NCBI GenBank assembly: GCA_964188305.1
Contig: OZ076900.1
Direction: 5' to 3' (one strand)
Origin: Podarcis bocagei
Taxonomy: Eukaryota
DNA length: 64,000 bases
The translations under genes were made by a program, and so were the position numbers. The notes under the pieces were generated by a model. It was not told where the DNA came from, made no database searches, and saw nothing but the letters and a program-made list of their open reading frames with translations. Each line of letters begins with the position of its first letter. The stretch's first letter is position 1. Of this stretch, positions 11,495 to 24,259 are shown in pieces.

Positions 11495-13052
11495 AATAGC
11501 TGCAGCAGGTGGGGATCATAACATCAAGTGATTTTGTGTGCATTCTGCTATCGGACAAAGAAAATTATGTTACCTTGCATGCATCTCTATTTGATTTAGC
11601 TGCCAGAAATTTGTGGCTTTGCTGGGAATGTTATGGCTTACAGCTAAACAAATAAAATTGTTAATACTCTTATTACTGCTGAACTCTACCCTCTGTACAG
11701 GTAAACAACAAGGGTATGAAGCACAGCCAGATAAGGTGTGACCTGGGGAGAGTCTGAGGGCCAGATAGTGAGGCTTAGAGGCCTAAATTCTCTTCTCTCT
11801 CTCTCTCTCTCTCTCTCTCACTCACTCACTCACACACACACACACACAGGCCTGACACACATCACCCATGTTTTAAACCATTTTCTTGTACAAAATATGT
11901 GTATTCTTTTATTATTAGGAATCAGAGACAGGTAACTGTTACCACATATACAATGGCAATCAAGGGATCCCCAGTTCAGTTGCAAATCTGAGCTGAAACC
12001 CTCTACAGTTTTTCACAGGCATTGACAGCAGTGTCAAAAATAACATCCATTTTCAATTATTTTTTGGCATATTTATTGTTGTGAACCACCATGAGACCTA
12101 TGGATATAGAGTGGTATACAAATTTAGTAAATAATAATAAAATAATAATAGTTGAGTAAATGTTTGCTTATTTATGTATATTGCCTTCACTTTCAGTTGC
12201 CTTCAGTTGCCCTCAAGCATGCTATCACATAGCCAAATATGATTGGCTATGTGGTGCTGTGATGCCATCCTGTTCACTGCTGTGGGATTCCTGATTGAAT
12301 GGGACCAACCCATGTGACCAGGAAGCACAAAGAAACAGCATCAATGGAAAATCTGTCAAAGGAGCAGCAGCCAGATGAAACACTGGCACCAAACAGAGTG
12401 GGGTGGGGAGAGAGATGACAAATATTTGCACAAACAAGGTGGATTTATTTGGGATCATTTCTTCCTCACTATCACACCAAGTAATAATGTTCTACTATAT
12501 GCTTTATACTTCTCCAATTTGGAAAAGAGGGAGAAATTTTATTTAGTTCACTTTTAAAGGAAAATGTGCCAAACCTGCACTTTATAAAACAACACTATGC
12601 CAGCCTGCATTCGTTCCTCATTTAATCTGGATTTACCCATTCTCATTCATTCATTCATTCATTCAAAGGATTTATACTGTTCGCTTCAGCTGGAAAACCT
12701 CCCAGAGTGGCTTACAAATTGATTAAAAAAACAAACAGTCCCTGCCCTCTTACTTAAAATCTAAAAAGACATGGCAGGTGGTGGGGAGGGAAGAGGAAAA
12801 CAAGGAAATTAATTTTTCTGGGGGAAATCTAATTAAGTTGTGTTTGTTTGATCCTGTTACTGGTGATCAGCTGGCAATCTCTGAACAATCAATTTACATC
12901 TTTAAGCCCCCTCATTTTAGTTTGGACACAAACTAAGATTCTTTCTTTTGAAGGAGTAGATGCTGCGTGGGAGTAGGGATCTCATGATGTTGTTATTAAC
13001 GTATTATGGTAATTCCACTGAGTGTGCATTTCCTTTAGTCACATTAACCAAC

Positions 13053-13168
13053 CTTAATATAGAAGGGGAGTCCAGGCTTCACAAAAAGAGGAGTAGCAAC
13101 CAAATTGAGTTTGTAAGGTGACAGAACATAATGGACACTGAAAAGTTCACTGTCTTCGCTATGGCCAC
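13053..13168 (-). CDS. C5: Complement C5 exon 10
   Basis: [38 protein letters not shown]; C5-typical [13 protein letters not shown]; 116 nt. Confidence 0.96.
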
Positions 13169-13469
13169 CTGGAAAAAAAAATAGATGTTTCTTGTGAGAA
13201 CAGGACTGAATACAAAAAACAACACCAGTGTCATGTTAGCCATCCTGAGTTTCTTTCAGAATAAACTTTGTTTAGAACAAAATAATTAACCATTCTAGTA
13301 TGAATTTTGACAAATAAATGAACGTTCATGGTTTGTTTAAGAAATATTGCTTTTATTGATAATTTAAGTATTTATTGTAAACAACTTAGAGTTTTTCCTA
13401 CAAGTAAAATGGTATATATCAAGTGGTATATATTAACAAATAAATAGATAGTAAATTTATATCATGGTT

Positions 13470-13649
13470 CCCCCTTACTTTTCTTTAAACTAAAATGTTC
13501 CAAATATTGCAACTTTTCTTCATAGGCAAGTTGCTCCACCCCCTTGCTAATTTTGGTTGCCTTTTTTCTGAAACTTTTCCAACTCTTCACTATCCTTTTT
13601 GACATGAGGTGACCAGAACTGAACACGGTATTCCAAGTGTGGTCACACC
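13470..13649 (-). mobile_element. CR1 LINE ORF2 fragment
   Basis: Decayed translation ...KKATKISKGVEQLAYEEKLQYLEHFSLKK resembles the CR1 C-terminal RATKxxxGLExLxYEERLxxLGLFSLEK motif. Confidence 0.75.
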
Positions 13650-13800
13650 CAGTGATTCCCCCCCCCAAAAAAAAACACGTTTAGGGATACTCTCATTTTC
13701 CTGCTCATATTGAAAAAGTGCCCCTCAATGAGGCCAAACTTAGATTCACAAAATGTTTAGGGGTATGCGTACCCCTACGTCCCCCCAGAAAAAAGCACTG
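13650..13800. mobile_element. hAT-type MITE nested in a CR1 fragment
   Basis: CAGTG...CACTG ends; TSD GTCACACC/GTCACACA. Confidence 0.75.
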
Positions 13801-13867
13801 GTCACACAATATGGCATAAGTGGGGCCAGAGATAGTGTGTGTGTGTGTGTGAACATGAGATAATTAC

Positions 13868-13994
13868 CTGTGGATTCCAGCACTGAAGCGGCAATATAAA
13901 GTATTGCGCCATCAAGCTCTTGGAGACTGCCGTAACCTATTTCATCAACAGCCACTTTGCTGTTAAAATTGCACTCTGCTAATCCGTTCTCCAT
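13868..13994 (-). CDS. C5: Complement C5 exon 9
   Basis: MENGLAECNFNSK...LYIAASVLESTG; 127 nt. Confidence 0.94.
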
Positions 13995-14691
13995 CTGATG
14001 ATCAAGATGCATAACAGTATCAGAAACTATCCAGGCACAGAGACAGTTTTATTCGTTTTATTTACAAAAAAAATTCTATACCACCTTTTATCCAATGATT
14101 TCAAAGAGGTTTTTAAAAAATACAGTTCGGTTTCATCTGCACTATACATTTAAAGTAGTATCATACCACTCTAAACAATCATGGCTTCCCCCCACAGAAT
14201 CCTGGGAATTGTGGTTTGCTAAAAAATGCTGAGAGTTGCTTAGAGAACTCCTTTCCCCCTCATCTATATACAATTCTCAGGGTGCTTTTACTGTACAACC
14301 CTCTTCCCAAGGAACTCTGGGAACTGTAGCCTTGTAAGGTGAATAGATCTACTAATTTCAGGGGGTCCAATCTGAATATAACTTAGTTGAATGCAGCATA
14401 TACTGCCAATTCTGGCCCAACGGCATTGGCTGCCAATCATTTTCTGGGCGGCACAATTCCAAGTGCTGGTTTTGACCTACAAAGCCTTAAAGACTCAGGA
14501 CCACAATACCTCCAGACCTGCCTCTCCCCTTACAAACTGACCTGGACCTTGCAATCGCCACCTGAGGCTTGCCTGGCACTTTCATTATATATTGTTAGAC
14601 ACTAGGCAAAAACATTCCTATTCTCCCAGGCTTTTAGCTAATTAAACAATCTATGGCCTTTTAAACAGGGTGGGGGTATTGCTTTTGTTTG

Positions 14692-14754
<63 letters not shown>
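14692..14754. repeat. (AAT)n microsatellite
   Basis: Direct read. Confidence 0.95.
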
Positions 14755-15628
14755 TTCTATATTGTAAACCGCCCTGTGATCCTCAGATGAAGGGCGGTAT
14801 AGAAATTTTAACAACACTGAAAGAGCTGTGGGTTCCTTATCCCTGGCATAAAGCAATTCAGTCAACCAATTAGACTTGGATAGCATCCTGCAACACAGTA
14901 CCAACATAAGCCATTTCACACTATTGCGATGATACCCATTTCCAGCACCAAAGTGTTCATCAGTGGGATGGCTGACTGATTCACTTTTGAAATCAGGACA
15001 CTAAAAAGAACAAAAATAACTTCATTCGTTGACCTAGTTTTTGGGACAAATGCTTCTGAATCCTGAAAGGAGCACAAAAATAGTTGGCAGTTGCTTGCCG
15101 AATTACAAATCCCGGAAACTCTGAAGTACGTTTCTCATTTTTAGCTGATCTGAAGAATGAAAAATTCTAAAGAACACCAACGTTTTCTTGCCTGGAAAAT
15201 ATATTGGCACCCGCCCAAGTAATAGCAAATATTTCAAACTGAGTTCCCAGAAGCAGCTGGAAATGGAAGCAGTTCAAAGACGTGCACTCTCACCCACTCA
15301 AGGGAGGACCTGGCTGGAAGCCGGGTCTGCATCATCTTAAATCCAAGTAACTGATGTTTAAGTGGCTTGTGGACTGGGCTGTTAGTTAAAATGTGGAAAC
15401 GGTTGGCTTCCAAGTCAAACCATTTATATATTTTTAAAGAGTGGAGATTTGGGATGGGGGGAGAAATTCAGTTGGGTTTGCATTTTAATTAACACCGAAA
15501 CAATGCACAAACCAAAATGGTTTTGTTTTGTTTTTAAATTCTCCAATTCAAAAGTGTCCAAATTGCATATATGTACATAAATGTGTATTATTAGTAAAAA
15601 TATCCACATTAAAAATGCACGTATTGTA

Positions 15629-15678
<50 letters not shown>

Positions 15679-16150
15679 ATAACACAAAAAATATTACTGG
15701 AAAGAACATTGGGAGAGACTTTGCAGTTGATTCCAACTCATGGGCTAGTGGTTGTCTATTCCTGCTATGAGACAATCTTCCTCATAAACATTTCTGGATG
15801 CCAATGGTGGCTGGTGCCTACTTGGGACAGGTAGAGCATAAGGCAGGGAGCCCAGCAGCAGCTGGCACCAGAGCTAGTGACAGGCAGAGCCAACAAATTA
15901 TAATTTTGTCCCCATCTACGTCCCTGCTGAGTCCTGAAAAGGGCAACTTTGAACCTAAAGAGGAGGAAGCTGAGAGGCAGTGCCACCCCCTGGACTGCTT
16001 GTCAGTAAGAAGCCAGACTGAGATTGGTGGAGAAGTGCCCCCCTCACCCTAACGGATGAGGTACCACTTGTCTGTTTCAAGAGAGTGCACCTCTGGGGAT
16101 GAAGTCAAACTGCACAGTGACCTCTCCAGGATGCTACCCTGGGGAGTGTA

Positions 16151-16442
16151 CAGTCATACCTTGGGTTACAGATGCTTCAGGTTCCGTTTTTTTCAGGTTA
16201 TGGGCATGCCAAAACCCGGATGTACTGGAACGGATTACTTCCGGGTTTTGACCGCCGTGCATGCACAGAAGCACTAAATTGTGCTTTGCACATGTGCAGA
16301 AGAGCTAAATCGCGATTTGCACATGTGCAGAAGAGCCAAATCGCAATCCGCGCATGCACAAACGCAGCTCTGCAGGTTGCGAATGTGCGGGTTGCGAAAG
16401 TGCATCCCGCACGTATCACGTTCGCAACCCGAATGTTCACTG
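16151..16442. mobile_element. Tc1/mariner MITE, related family
   Basis: TA-CAGTCATACC...CACTG-TA; internal ~34-bp tandem repeat. Confidence 0.7.
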
Positions 16443-16963
16443 TATACAGAAGTCCTAGGCTGCTCAGATAACAAGACTCCCCTCTCAGCCTCATCCTACA
16501 CCAAGAGCGAAATTTATCCTTTACTTTTGAAGCATGGATGTAGGAAAAGCTCAAGTTCAAGCAGGCAAAATATACTGGTGAGCTGACTACTGTGAACCTC
16601 TCATATGTGTTAGAATTGGTAGCTTTTCCGTGCACACATGCAGAAGTGGCAATCAGAAAATGACAACAACAGCAAAAATCCCCTCACACAGTTTCATGTT
16701 CGCTAAAGGGAAATTCAAGCGCACTTCCATCATTCACAGCTGACAGCAAACCAGAACTATGTTTGCTCAAACAAAGTGCATTTCTGTAAACTACCCTGTG
16801 ATCTCTGATGGAGGGTAGTATCGAAATTTACATAATGATGATGATGATGATGCACCTGGCACAACAAATCCAGAGTTTTTGCTGGGAAATGCACTGAAAA
16901 GCATAGGATGAATGAATAATTAGCAGGAAGATGTTTAAATGCTACACAAGCAAATCAGAACAA

Positions 16964-17223
16964 AAGAAGAAGAAGAAGAAGAAGAGTTTGGATTTCATAT
17001 GCCGCCTTTCACTCCCTTTAAGGAGTCTCAAAGCGGCTCACAATCTCCTTTCCCTTCCTCCCCCACAACAAACACTCTGTGAGGTGAGTGGGGCTGAGAG
17101 ACGTCAGAGAAGTGTGACTGGCCCAAGGTCACCCAGCAGCTGCATGTGGAGGAGCGGAGACGCGAACCCGGTTCCCCAGATTACGAGACTACTGATCTTA
17201 ACCACTACACCACACTGGCTCCC
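16964..17223 (-). mobile_element. Squam3-type tRNA-derived SINE
   Basis: Head GGGAGCCAGTGTGGTGTAGTGGTTAAG, B-box-like GGTTCGCGTC, (CTT)n tail. Confidence 0.8.
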
Positions 17224-18121
17224 AAAAGCGCAATAAAGTCCAGATATCGTCGAACCACCACGTAAACTTTGTGCAAGCAAATCAGGATGGATGCTCAATA
17301 AATAGGTCCTCTGAGAGAGCCCTTAAATGTGCTCTTTCAGATTTAAAAATGAAAAGCATTGACTGTGAATACAAATATTAATTATTATAGATTTGGGGAC
17401 ACACACCCCAAATCCTAGAAATTAATAAATGGTAGGATTTTGATTATGTGGAGTGTTGAAGGGAAACTTGCAGGCCAGTGGGAAAATACAGGCTAAGCTT
17501 TCTTTCCAAGCCAGGGCCTCACCTGGGATCGAGGCATTAAAATGACGAAATGTCATGTTAGCCCATCTGAGAGCCCGAGCGTGGGAAGACAGGGGTTGCC
17601 GTGGTGACAGGATGTGGGTTCACAGTGACAGGAAGAGTCTTTTGGAACAAGGTGTGCTAGGAAGAAGATGGGGAAGAAGAAAGACTGGAAGAGATGCCTT
17701 TGACTCCACGGCTGCACTGCTGTAGGAGACAAGCCTTGCTTGAAAGGACCATGCTGTAAGATCTGGACTTTTTAATAAATTGCTGGTCCAAATGTGTTTT
17801 GTTTTGTTTTAAAATGTTACATGGTCCTGCTAGAGTACGGCTTACTTTCATGGAAAATCAACAAGGCATCAACTGATGTGGCCTGGCTTCTCAAGCCAAG
17901 ATAAAACCGTTCTGTGATGAGGTACTGTCTGCTCAATTTCAGCCCAAAGTAGCCTGTGGTTTGTTCATGTTTTCCTTATACCCTTGATAATACTAGTTTA
18001 AAATTGGAATGCTGACACTCAGTAACTGTCAGGGTAAACCTGGAGACAGATCTAAACCTCAGAAGCTACACTGGGAACTGTGACAGGAGGCCTGATGTAA
18101 TTATTTTTGATCCAACCTTAC

Positions 18122-18227
18122 CTCAATGCGTTGCAATGCTCTGGGAAGCATCTTTTTTTCAGCTCCTTGAATTATTCCAAAACGGACATAAACTTGAGCA
18201 TTAGCCAATCTCTTGTTGTAAAAATAT
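18122..18227 (-). CDS. C5: Complement C5 exon 8
   Basis: YFYNKRLANAQVYVRFGIIQGAEKKMLPRALQRIE; 106 nt; frame continuous. Confidence 0.93.
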
Positions 18228-18249
18228 CTTGAAAATAACAGCAAAGTAG

Positions 18250-18300
<51 letters not shown>

Positions 18301-19211
18301 CACTACTATTACTACTGCTGCTGCTACTGCTATTATTATTATTTCAATTTAGTACCCACCCTTTATCATAACACCACAGGGTGAGATACTACAATTTAAA
18401 AGACATTATTAAAAACAGTTCAAAACAAAACCACTCCACCAGTTATTGACACTGTTTCACAGAAAACTATAAGCTAAATTTATAGTAGTAACTGATTTAT
18501 TTCAGACAAGAAGGGCTTTGTTTCTTTGTTTAAAAAATGTATCACAATGAGGTAAAGAAATTTCAGAAGCACTGGGTTCTGTCACATTAGTCCTACTTGG
18601 AGTAGGCCCACTGAAATTAACTGACAAGAGTAATTTAGGTAGATTAATTTCAGTGGGTCTACTCTGAGTAGAACTTAGTTAGATTAACATGTATTTTGAG
18701 CTATAATTTTAGCTTCAATATATGTTTTAACGATTCATTATTGTTCTATTTTGGGGGTTTTAAGCTCTTTAACTTTGATTTTTATTGACAATTTTAATGT
18801 ATATTTTATATTGTATGTAAACCGCTAAAAGGTTTTATGTTGTATCCATTGCTAGTCCTAATCAAAAAGGACCCACTGAAATTAATGCTCGTTACTTACT
18901 TAGATCTAGAAATTTCAATTTGTCCACTCAAAGTAGCAGTTAGATGAACACAACCTTTTATTCACAATTATTTGGTATATACATTTTGTTAGATAAATAA
19001 CTTCAACCAATTATAGCAGAAAACAAGAGTACAAACAATTAAGAGGAAGAAAGCCATGTTTTACATTCCAGAATCCACTACAGCTTTGCGGTGGATACAA
19101 GACAAGACTCTCACATTGCAAATCCCGCCCCCCCCCATTAAAAATAATTGCTTTTAAAAAGCAAACCCAAAGACAAACAAAAAGGATGCAATATGCACAA
19201 GCCCGCCTTAC

Positions 19212-19302
19212 CTCGCTTTAATAATGATCCTGAATTGTTCAAATTGCTGAGAGCTTATAAAATTCTTTTCTGGTTCTATCATGACAGAGAAGCTTGGCAA
19301 TG
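19212..19302 (-). CDS. C5: Complement C5 exon 7
   Basis: ALPSFSVMIEPEKNFISSQQFEQFRIIIKAR; 91 nt; donor gtaagg. Confidence 0.94.
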
Positions 19303-20024
19303 CTTGAAATGTGAAGTGGAAGAAAGCTCAGTTAAACCCTTTTACTTTTAAGTACTGTATAAAAGAGATCAAATCTATTTCTGCAGAACATTCACTGCTA
19401 GGGCTAGCACCTGTTTTCACCGGCCCTCCTTCCAGAGTTTGGAGGCATGTGCTTAGACCAGCTCCTTGCTTAAGAGCAGGAAAGGGGGAGAAATTTGATT
19501 CAGTTCAAATTTAGAAGCAAACTTGCCTTATTCTCACTTTTTGAAACAATATGTGAATTGAAGCACAATCCCCCTTCAAAAACTGGCACTACTCTGAATT
19601 TTGCAACATAGTTCTCAAATTAAGTAATTTATACAAAGATGCATATATTAGGGTAAAGTATGCATATTAATGCAGTCATTAGTGAACATAATATACAAAA
19701 ATACGGGAAGCTGCTTTTCAAATATCTGGATATCAGGTAAATCTGCTTATAAAAATGTGCATATTAGGAGAGATAGCACCCAGTGGGTGCTATCATGTCC
19801 TAATGGGTGCTTTCATGTCCTCTCTCAGTTCTCTCCATGCTGATAACCAGCTGGAAGTTTTCCTTGCATAATTGTAGAACATGCTTCCAATGAGCTTATT
19901 ATTAATTAGATTTCTTACTCACCCAGGGCTGGTTACAGCAATTAAAAAATACATAATGAAAACAGTTTGAAACACATTATAGTCAAGGGGATAAGGTGGG
20001 TGCTAATCTATATATTTGTATATC

Positions 20025-20300
20025 TATACGGTGTTAAAGGCCAGGGTGAAGATGTCTGACTTCTGCATAAACCAGAAACTACATAACAAGGTTGCCAAAT
20101 ACACCTCTGTGGGGAGGGAATTCCATGCCTTAGGGGCTGTCAAGAGAAGGCCCTCTTCTGGGCCACCAACCTCCATACTTCTGAGGGCAGCAGAACTACC
20201 AAGATGGCTCCCTCTGCTGATCTTAACACCTGAGAGGGATTGTAAGGAAGGACGTGGTCTCTCAGATATTTGGGGCACAAGTCGTTTAGTACTTTAAACA
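20025..20300 (-). mobile_element. L2-like LINE 3' fragment
   Basis: Decayed motifs ...YLRDHVLPYNP...LRS and ...APKAWNSLP; similar pieces at ~14440-14640, 26040-26190, 31930-32680, 37540-37760, 38490-38710. Confidence 0.6.
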
Positions 20301-20619
20301 GATAATTAGGTATGGTAGTCCTCAACTGCTTAACCATTCATGAAATTAATCCACTGATGAAATTCATTAAATTTATATCCCACTCTTCCTGCCCCCACTC
20401 CCTGCCAAAGGAGCCTAGGGCAGCAAACCATGAGCAACAAAACAATACAATTAAAAGCAAAACAAAACATTTACAAACATCTAAGGACATCTAAAGACAG
20501 TTAACAAATAAATATGTCCATCTTACTCATTACCAATTGAAAGAATATTATAATGCACCTCCCCCAAAAAGAGAATTAGTGAATTGGCTTTATAGTATCC
20601 ATATAAATATCCACATTAC

Positions 20620-20702
20620 CATATTCTTTAACTTGAAACCCTGTTTTGGCAGAGGTTGTGAAATCCTTTTGATACTTGGCTTTTATTGTCCAGTAACCAT
20701 AT
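20620..20702 (-). CDS. C5: Complement C5 exon 6
   Basis: YGYWTIKAKYQKDFTTSAKTGFQVKEY; 83 nt. Confidence 0.95.
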
Positions 20703-21319
20703 CTATGGGGAGAAAGATAAGATTTTTTAAAAAAAATATGGGGAAAGGGAGCCTTAAAGCCACACACTGGGCTTCTTGGCTGAGCAGGAATTTGGATCCA
20801 GTTTCCCTGGTCAAGCCTCTAACCACTAAGGTTGTGCCCATGGGCCAGGCTAGGGAAACTTTTTTTCTTTTTCTTTTTGCAGAAAAGTGGCCCCTGTGCT
20901 GTTTTAGACTTCAAACACCTTTTCCTCTGTATTTTAGTTCCTCCTCCTCTGCAAAACTGCACAGACAGAGGGTGACCTACAGAAACGAAGATGTTAATTT
21001 CTCTTTATTTCCTTTCAGTAACGTTTTACAAATGCTTGTGGTTTCAGATCGGTTCCAAGAAATTGGGGGAATTGTTACTGTGAAGTTCCTTCCAGGCTTG
21101 CCTCTAAGCAAATAGCTTTACAAAGTTTTACCCAGCAGAGCTCTGCTGCGCGTGTAGTAGCCACTGCGTTTCTCCTGCCATGCCCCTATGTGCCAAAACT
21201 CCAACAAACTATATGTTTCCCTGTCTTGTGGCAAAATCCCAACTCCTTTCCCTATTATGTTTGAAGGCAAACCACTGCTTAATGCAGCAAGAAGTGACAG
21301 AAAGTAGTCAAGGAAGGTG

Positions 21320-21325
<6 letters not shown>

Positions 21326-21388
<63 letters not shown>
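21326..21388. repeat. (GA)n microsatellite
   Basis: Direct read. Confidence 0.95.
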
Positions 21389-21390
<2 letters not shown>

Positions 21391-22261
21391 ATATTCTCAA
21401 AACAGAATGACTTGCTGCCTGGCACTTTCCACAGAAACAAAGATGTTAATTTTGCTTAATTCCCTTCCAGTATTGTTTGAGGTTACAAACAGCTTGCAAT
21501 TGATTGGGCTGAACACCATGCAACTGTGATGTTCCATGCTGGTTTGTATCAAACCAATTAGCATTACAAAACCCAGCTATGGCATGTAATATGCAATATT
21601 TTCCTTATAGTTGTAAATTAAAGTGCTTTTGTTTTTTTAGCTTTTTTCATTGAATAAAGCACTGTTAACTGTGTGTGCCATTGTAATGGATTGCTTTGAA
21701 GTCATTTCTGCACCAAGTAATTTTTAGCCTCCAATTCCCCCCCACAACCCATCCCGTATTTTGCCCGACCTGTCCTTTATTTTGCCCAACCAAAAGTGGC
21801 AACACTACCATGGGCCCTACGACCCTACAACATTTCTCTGATGAAAATAGGGATGTCCTACCATACCCTTCAACATTTCTCTGATTAAAATTAGGACATC
21901 CTAAGGAAAAGCAGGGCATTCTGGGATCAAATCAGAAACTGGGGATGATGGCTTCTGTAAATCCATGACTGTCCCTGAAAAATAGGAATACTTGGAGGGT
22001 CTGCCTTGAGGTCTTCACCTTGCACTCACAAAACCTGATTCACCACACACAGAGAGACACAGCTCCTTTGAGACGGTGAAAGTTATTTTTTTTTTTTAAT
22101 CCTTTGAAATTTACACAGAGTTTAAGAAGGAAATTAGAAGGGTGACTCTCTTGCCCACTTCCTCTTTCAACTCTGTGTGCTTTTCAGCACTTGGATTAAT
22201 TCTACAGGACCTGGCTTGTGCATTGATTGCTTGGAAAACGTAGTCTGTGTGCATGCATTTC

Positions 22262-22407
22262 CAGCGGCGTAGCGTGGGGGTGCAGGGGGGGCCGGCCGCA
22301 CCAGGCGCAACATCTGGGGGTTAGGGTTAGGGGGCGCAAATCCACGGGTTAGGGGGCACAAATTACTTGCCTTGCCCCGGGTGCTGACAACCCACGCTAC
22401 GCCACTG
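22262..22407. mobile_element. hAT-type MITE containing TTAGGG units
   Basis: TIRs CAGCGGCGTAGCGTGGG / CCCACGCTACGCCACTG; 8-bp TSD TGCATTTC. Confidence 0.88.
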
Positions 22408-22847
22408 TGCATTTCATTTCTTTCTGTTTTGGGGAAGGGCAATTGCAGGCAGAATGGGGAGGCAAAAAGTGGCCAGGGGGGTGGCACCCACAGCACTCGC
22501 TCCAAAATCTAAATGTGCTGCGGGACCTAAAAAGCTCAGCAACCCTGATCTAGTCACTGAACCACATTGGTGTTGTTAAGTGTGAGAGAGTTCTTGGGAG
22601 ACCCCCTAATCCCCTCTCAAAGCTGGGAGGAGGGATTGATAGTTACCGTAATCACTCTGAGTATTGTAGCTGTTTGATGGGGATAGCGGTCTCAGCACCC
22701 TGAATAAACTACAGTTCCCAGGATTTGGGGGGGGGGAGGAGGCAATGACTGTGTCGTGTGCTTTGAAACTGCTTTAAATGTATAGATGAATGTATCAGAT
22801 GGGGGTCTGTGCGTGTTAGTATCTCTCTTTTGGAACTCGTGCCCATT

Positions 22848-23194
22848 CATACCCTCCCAACATTTCTCAGATGAAAATAGGGACATCCCATCCCAGAATA
22901 ATAATTTTACTATGTATACCCCGAACATCTTACTGGGTTGCTCCACTCTAGGCAGCTTCCAACATATATAAAACAATAATAAAACATTAAACATTTTTTT
23001 TTAAAAAAACCTCCCTATACAGGAATGCCTTCAGACGGCTCAGGGGTCAGATAACGCCATACCCTCCAACATTTCTCCAATGAAAATAGGGACATCCTAA
23101 GGAAAAGCGGGACATTCCGGGATCAAGTCAGAAACCAGGACGACTTCTCTAAATCAGGGATGTCCCTGGAAAATAGGGACACTTGGAGGGTCTG
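22848..23194. mobile_element. Non-autonomous DNA element with internally repeated terminus
   Basis: CATACCCTCC... / ...GGAGGGTCTG ends; sister copy at ~21820-22003. Confidence 0.6.
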
Positions 23195-23428
23195 CACAAT
23201 GAAGCCTACAACAACTCTATGATTCTATGACTGCGGTCAGTTAAGTCTGAAACAGTGCAATGTAGCATGCGATTAGAGAGGGCTGGCGGACAGCGTTAAA
23301 AAAACAGAGCTGTCATCTTTTCCTTAGGCAAGAAACCAGTTACGTTGCTCCTTGCTTTCAAACACCAAATGAATTTCCAGCACCCCCTCGAGGGCTAAAA
23401 GGATACATGTTTTGCACCCTTTCAAATA

Positions 23429-23670
23429 CAGTGGTACCTCGGGTTACATACGCTTCAGGTTACATACGCTACAGGTTACAGACTCCGCTAACCCAGAAAT
23501 AGTACCTAAGGTTAAGAACTTTGCTTCAGGATGAGAACAGAAATCGCGCTCTGGCGGCCCGGCGGCAGCAGGAGGCCCCATTAGCTAAAGTGGTGCTTCA
23601 GGTTAAGAACAGTTTCAGGTTAAGAACGGACCTCCGGAACGAATTAAGTACTTAACCCGAGGTACCACTG
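23429..23670. mobile_element. Tc1/mariner MITE family A
   Basis: Perfect TIRs CAGTGGTACCTCGGGTTA / TAACCCGAGGTACCACTG; TA TSD. Confidence 0.9.
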
Positions 23671-24068
23671 TACATTGAGAATGCTGCACATCTCCTTTAT
23701 TGTATCTTTAAGGCATTTTGTAAGGGCCAAGCGAGATGTGATGTGATGTTAACTGCACAGGTGACATTAAAATGCATGGTTTTTTTAAAAAAAATCTAAA
23801 CAGCAATCGAGGTGGAGCTGGAGTTCCAGGAAGACCACAATGGTCAGGGAAGAAGAATCAAAGTATTTTCGTCACAGCTGTAGTTCCAACCAAAGGCCCT
23901 CCCCTTAAAACTGTTCTGTGGGACTGGTAGGGTGGAAAGCAGGTGGAAAGGGGGGGGGGGCAAAAGTAGGTATAGCTAGAGCCAATGTGTCAACTAATTC
24001 TAGTTTTGTCTCCATCCTCCTCCATGTGGAATTCGTAAAGGAATAACACTCTCTGGATTGGTTGACAG

Positions 24069-24144
24069 TAAAGCGAAATGAGCGCCACAATCCCAGAGTC
24101 GTCTGCGACTGGACCTAATGGTCAGGGGTCCCTTTACCTTTACG
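24069..24144 (+). mobile_element. Sauria SINE 3' fragment
   Basis: Matches the 3' ~75 nt of the neighbouring copy, including the CCTTTACCTTTAC tail. Confidence 0.85.
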
Positions 24145-24259
24145 GCAAACAGGTAAGGCAGGGTAAGGGCAGGCGGGTTGATGGGATGGTGTTCCCATCC
24201 CCCTAATGGAACAATCTCCACTGAAGCTGCTATTTATACATTGTTAAACTATGGAAAAA

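Noticed and set aside
14638-14919. Poly-Tyr and poly-Asn ORFs (also HT, CV and ER repeat ORFs elsewhere)
   Set aside because: Translations of microsatellites.
16172-16635. Overlapping ORFs with a repeated motif
   Set aside because: They derive from a mariner-type MITE with an internal tandem repeat.
20537-21115. Longest ORF in the track (192 aa, plus strand)
   Set aside because: It is antisense to C5 exon 6 and intron sequence, starts at TTG and has no recognisable domain; chance ORF.
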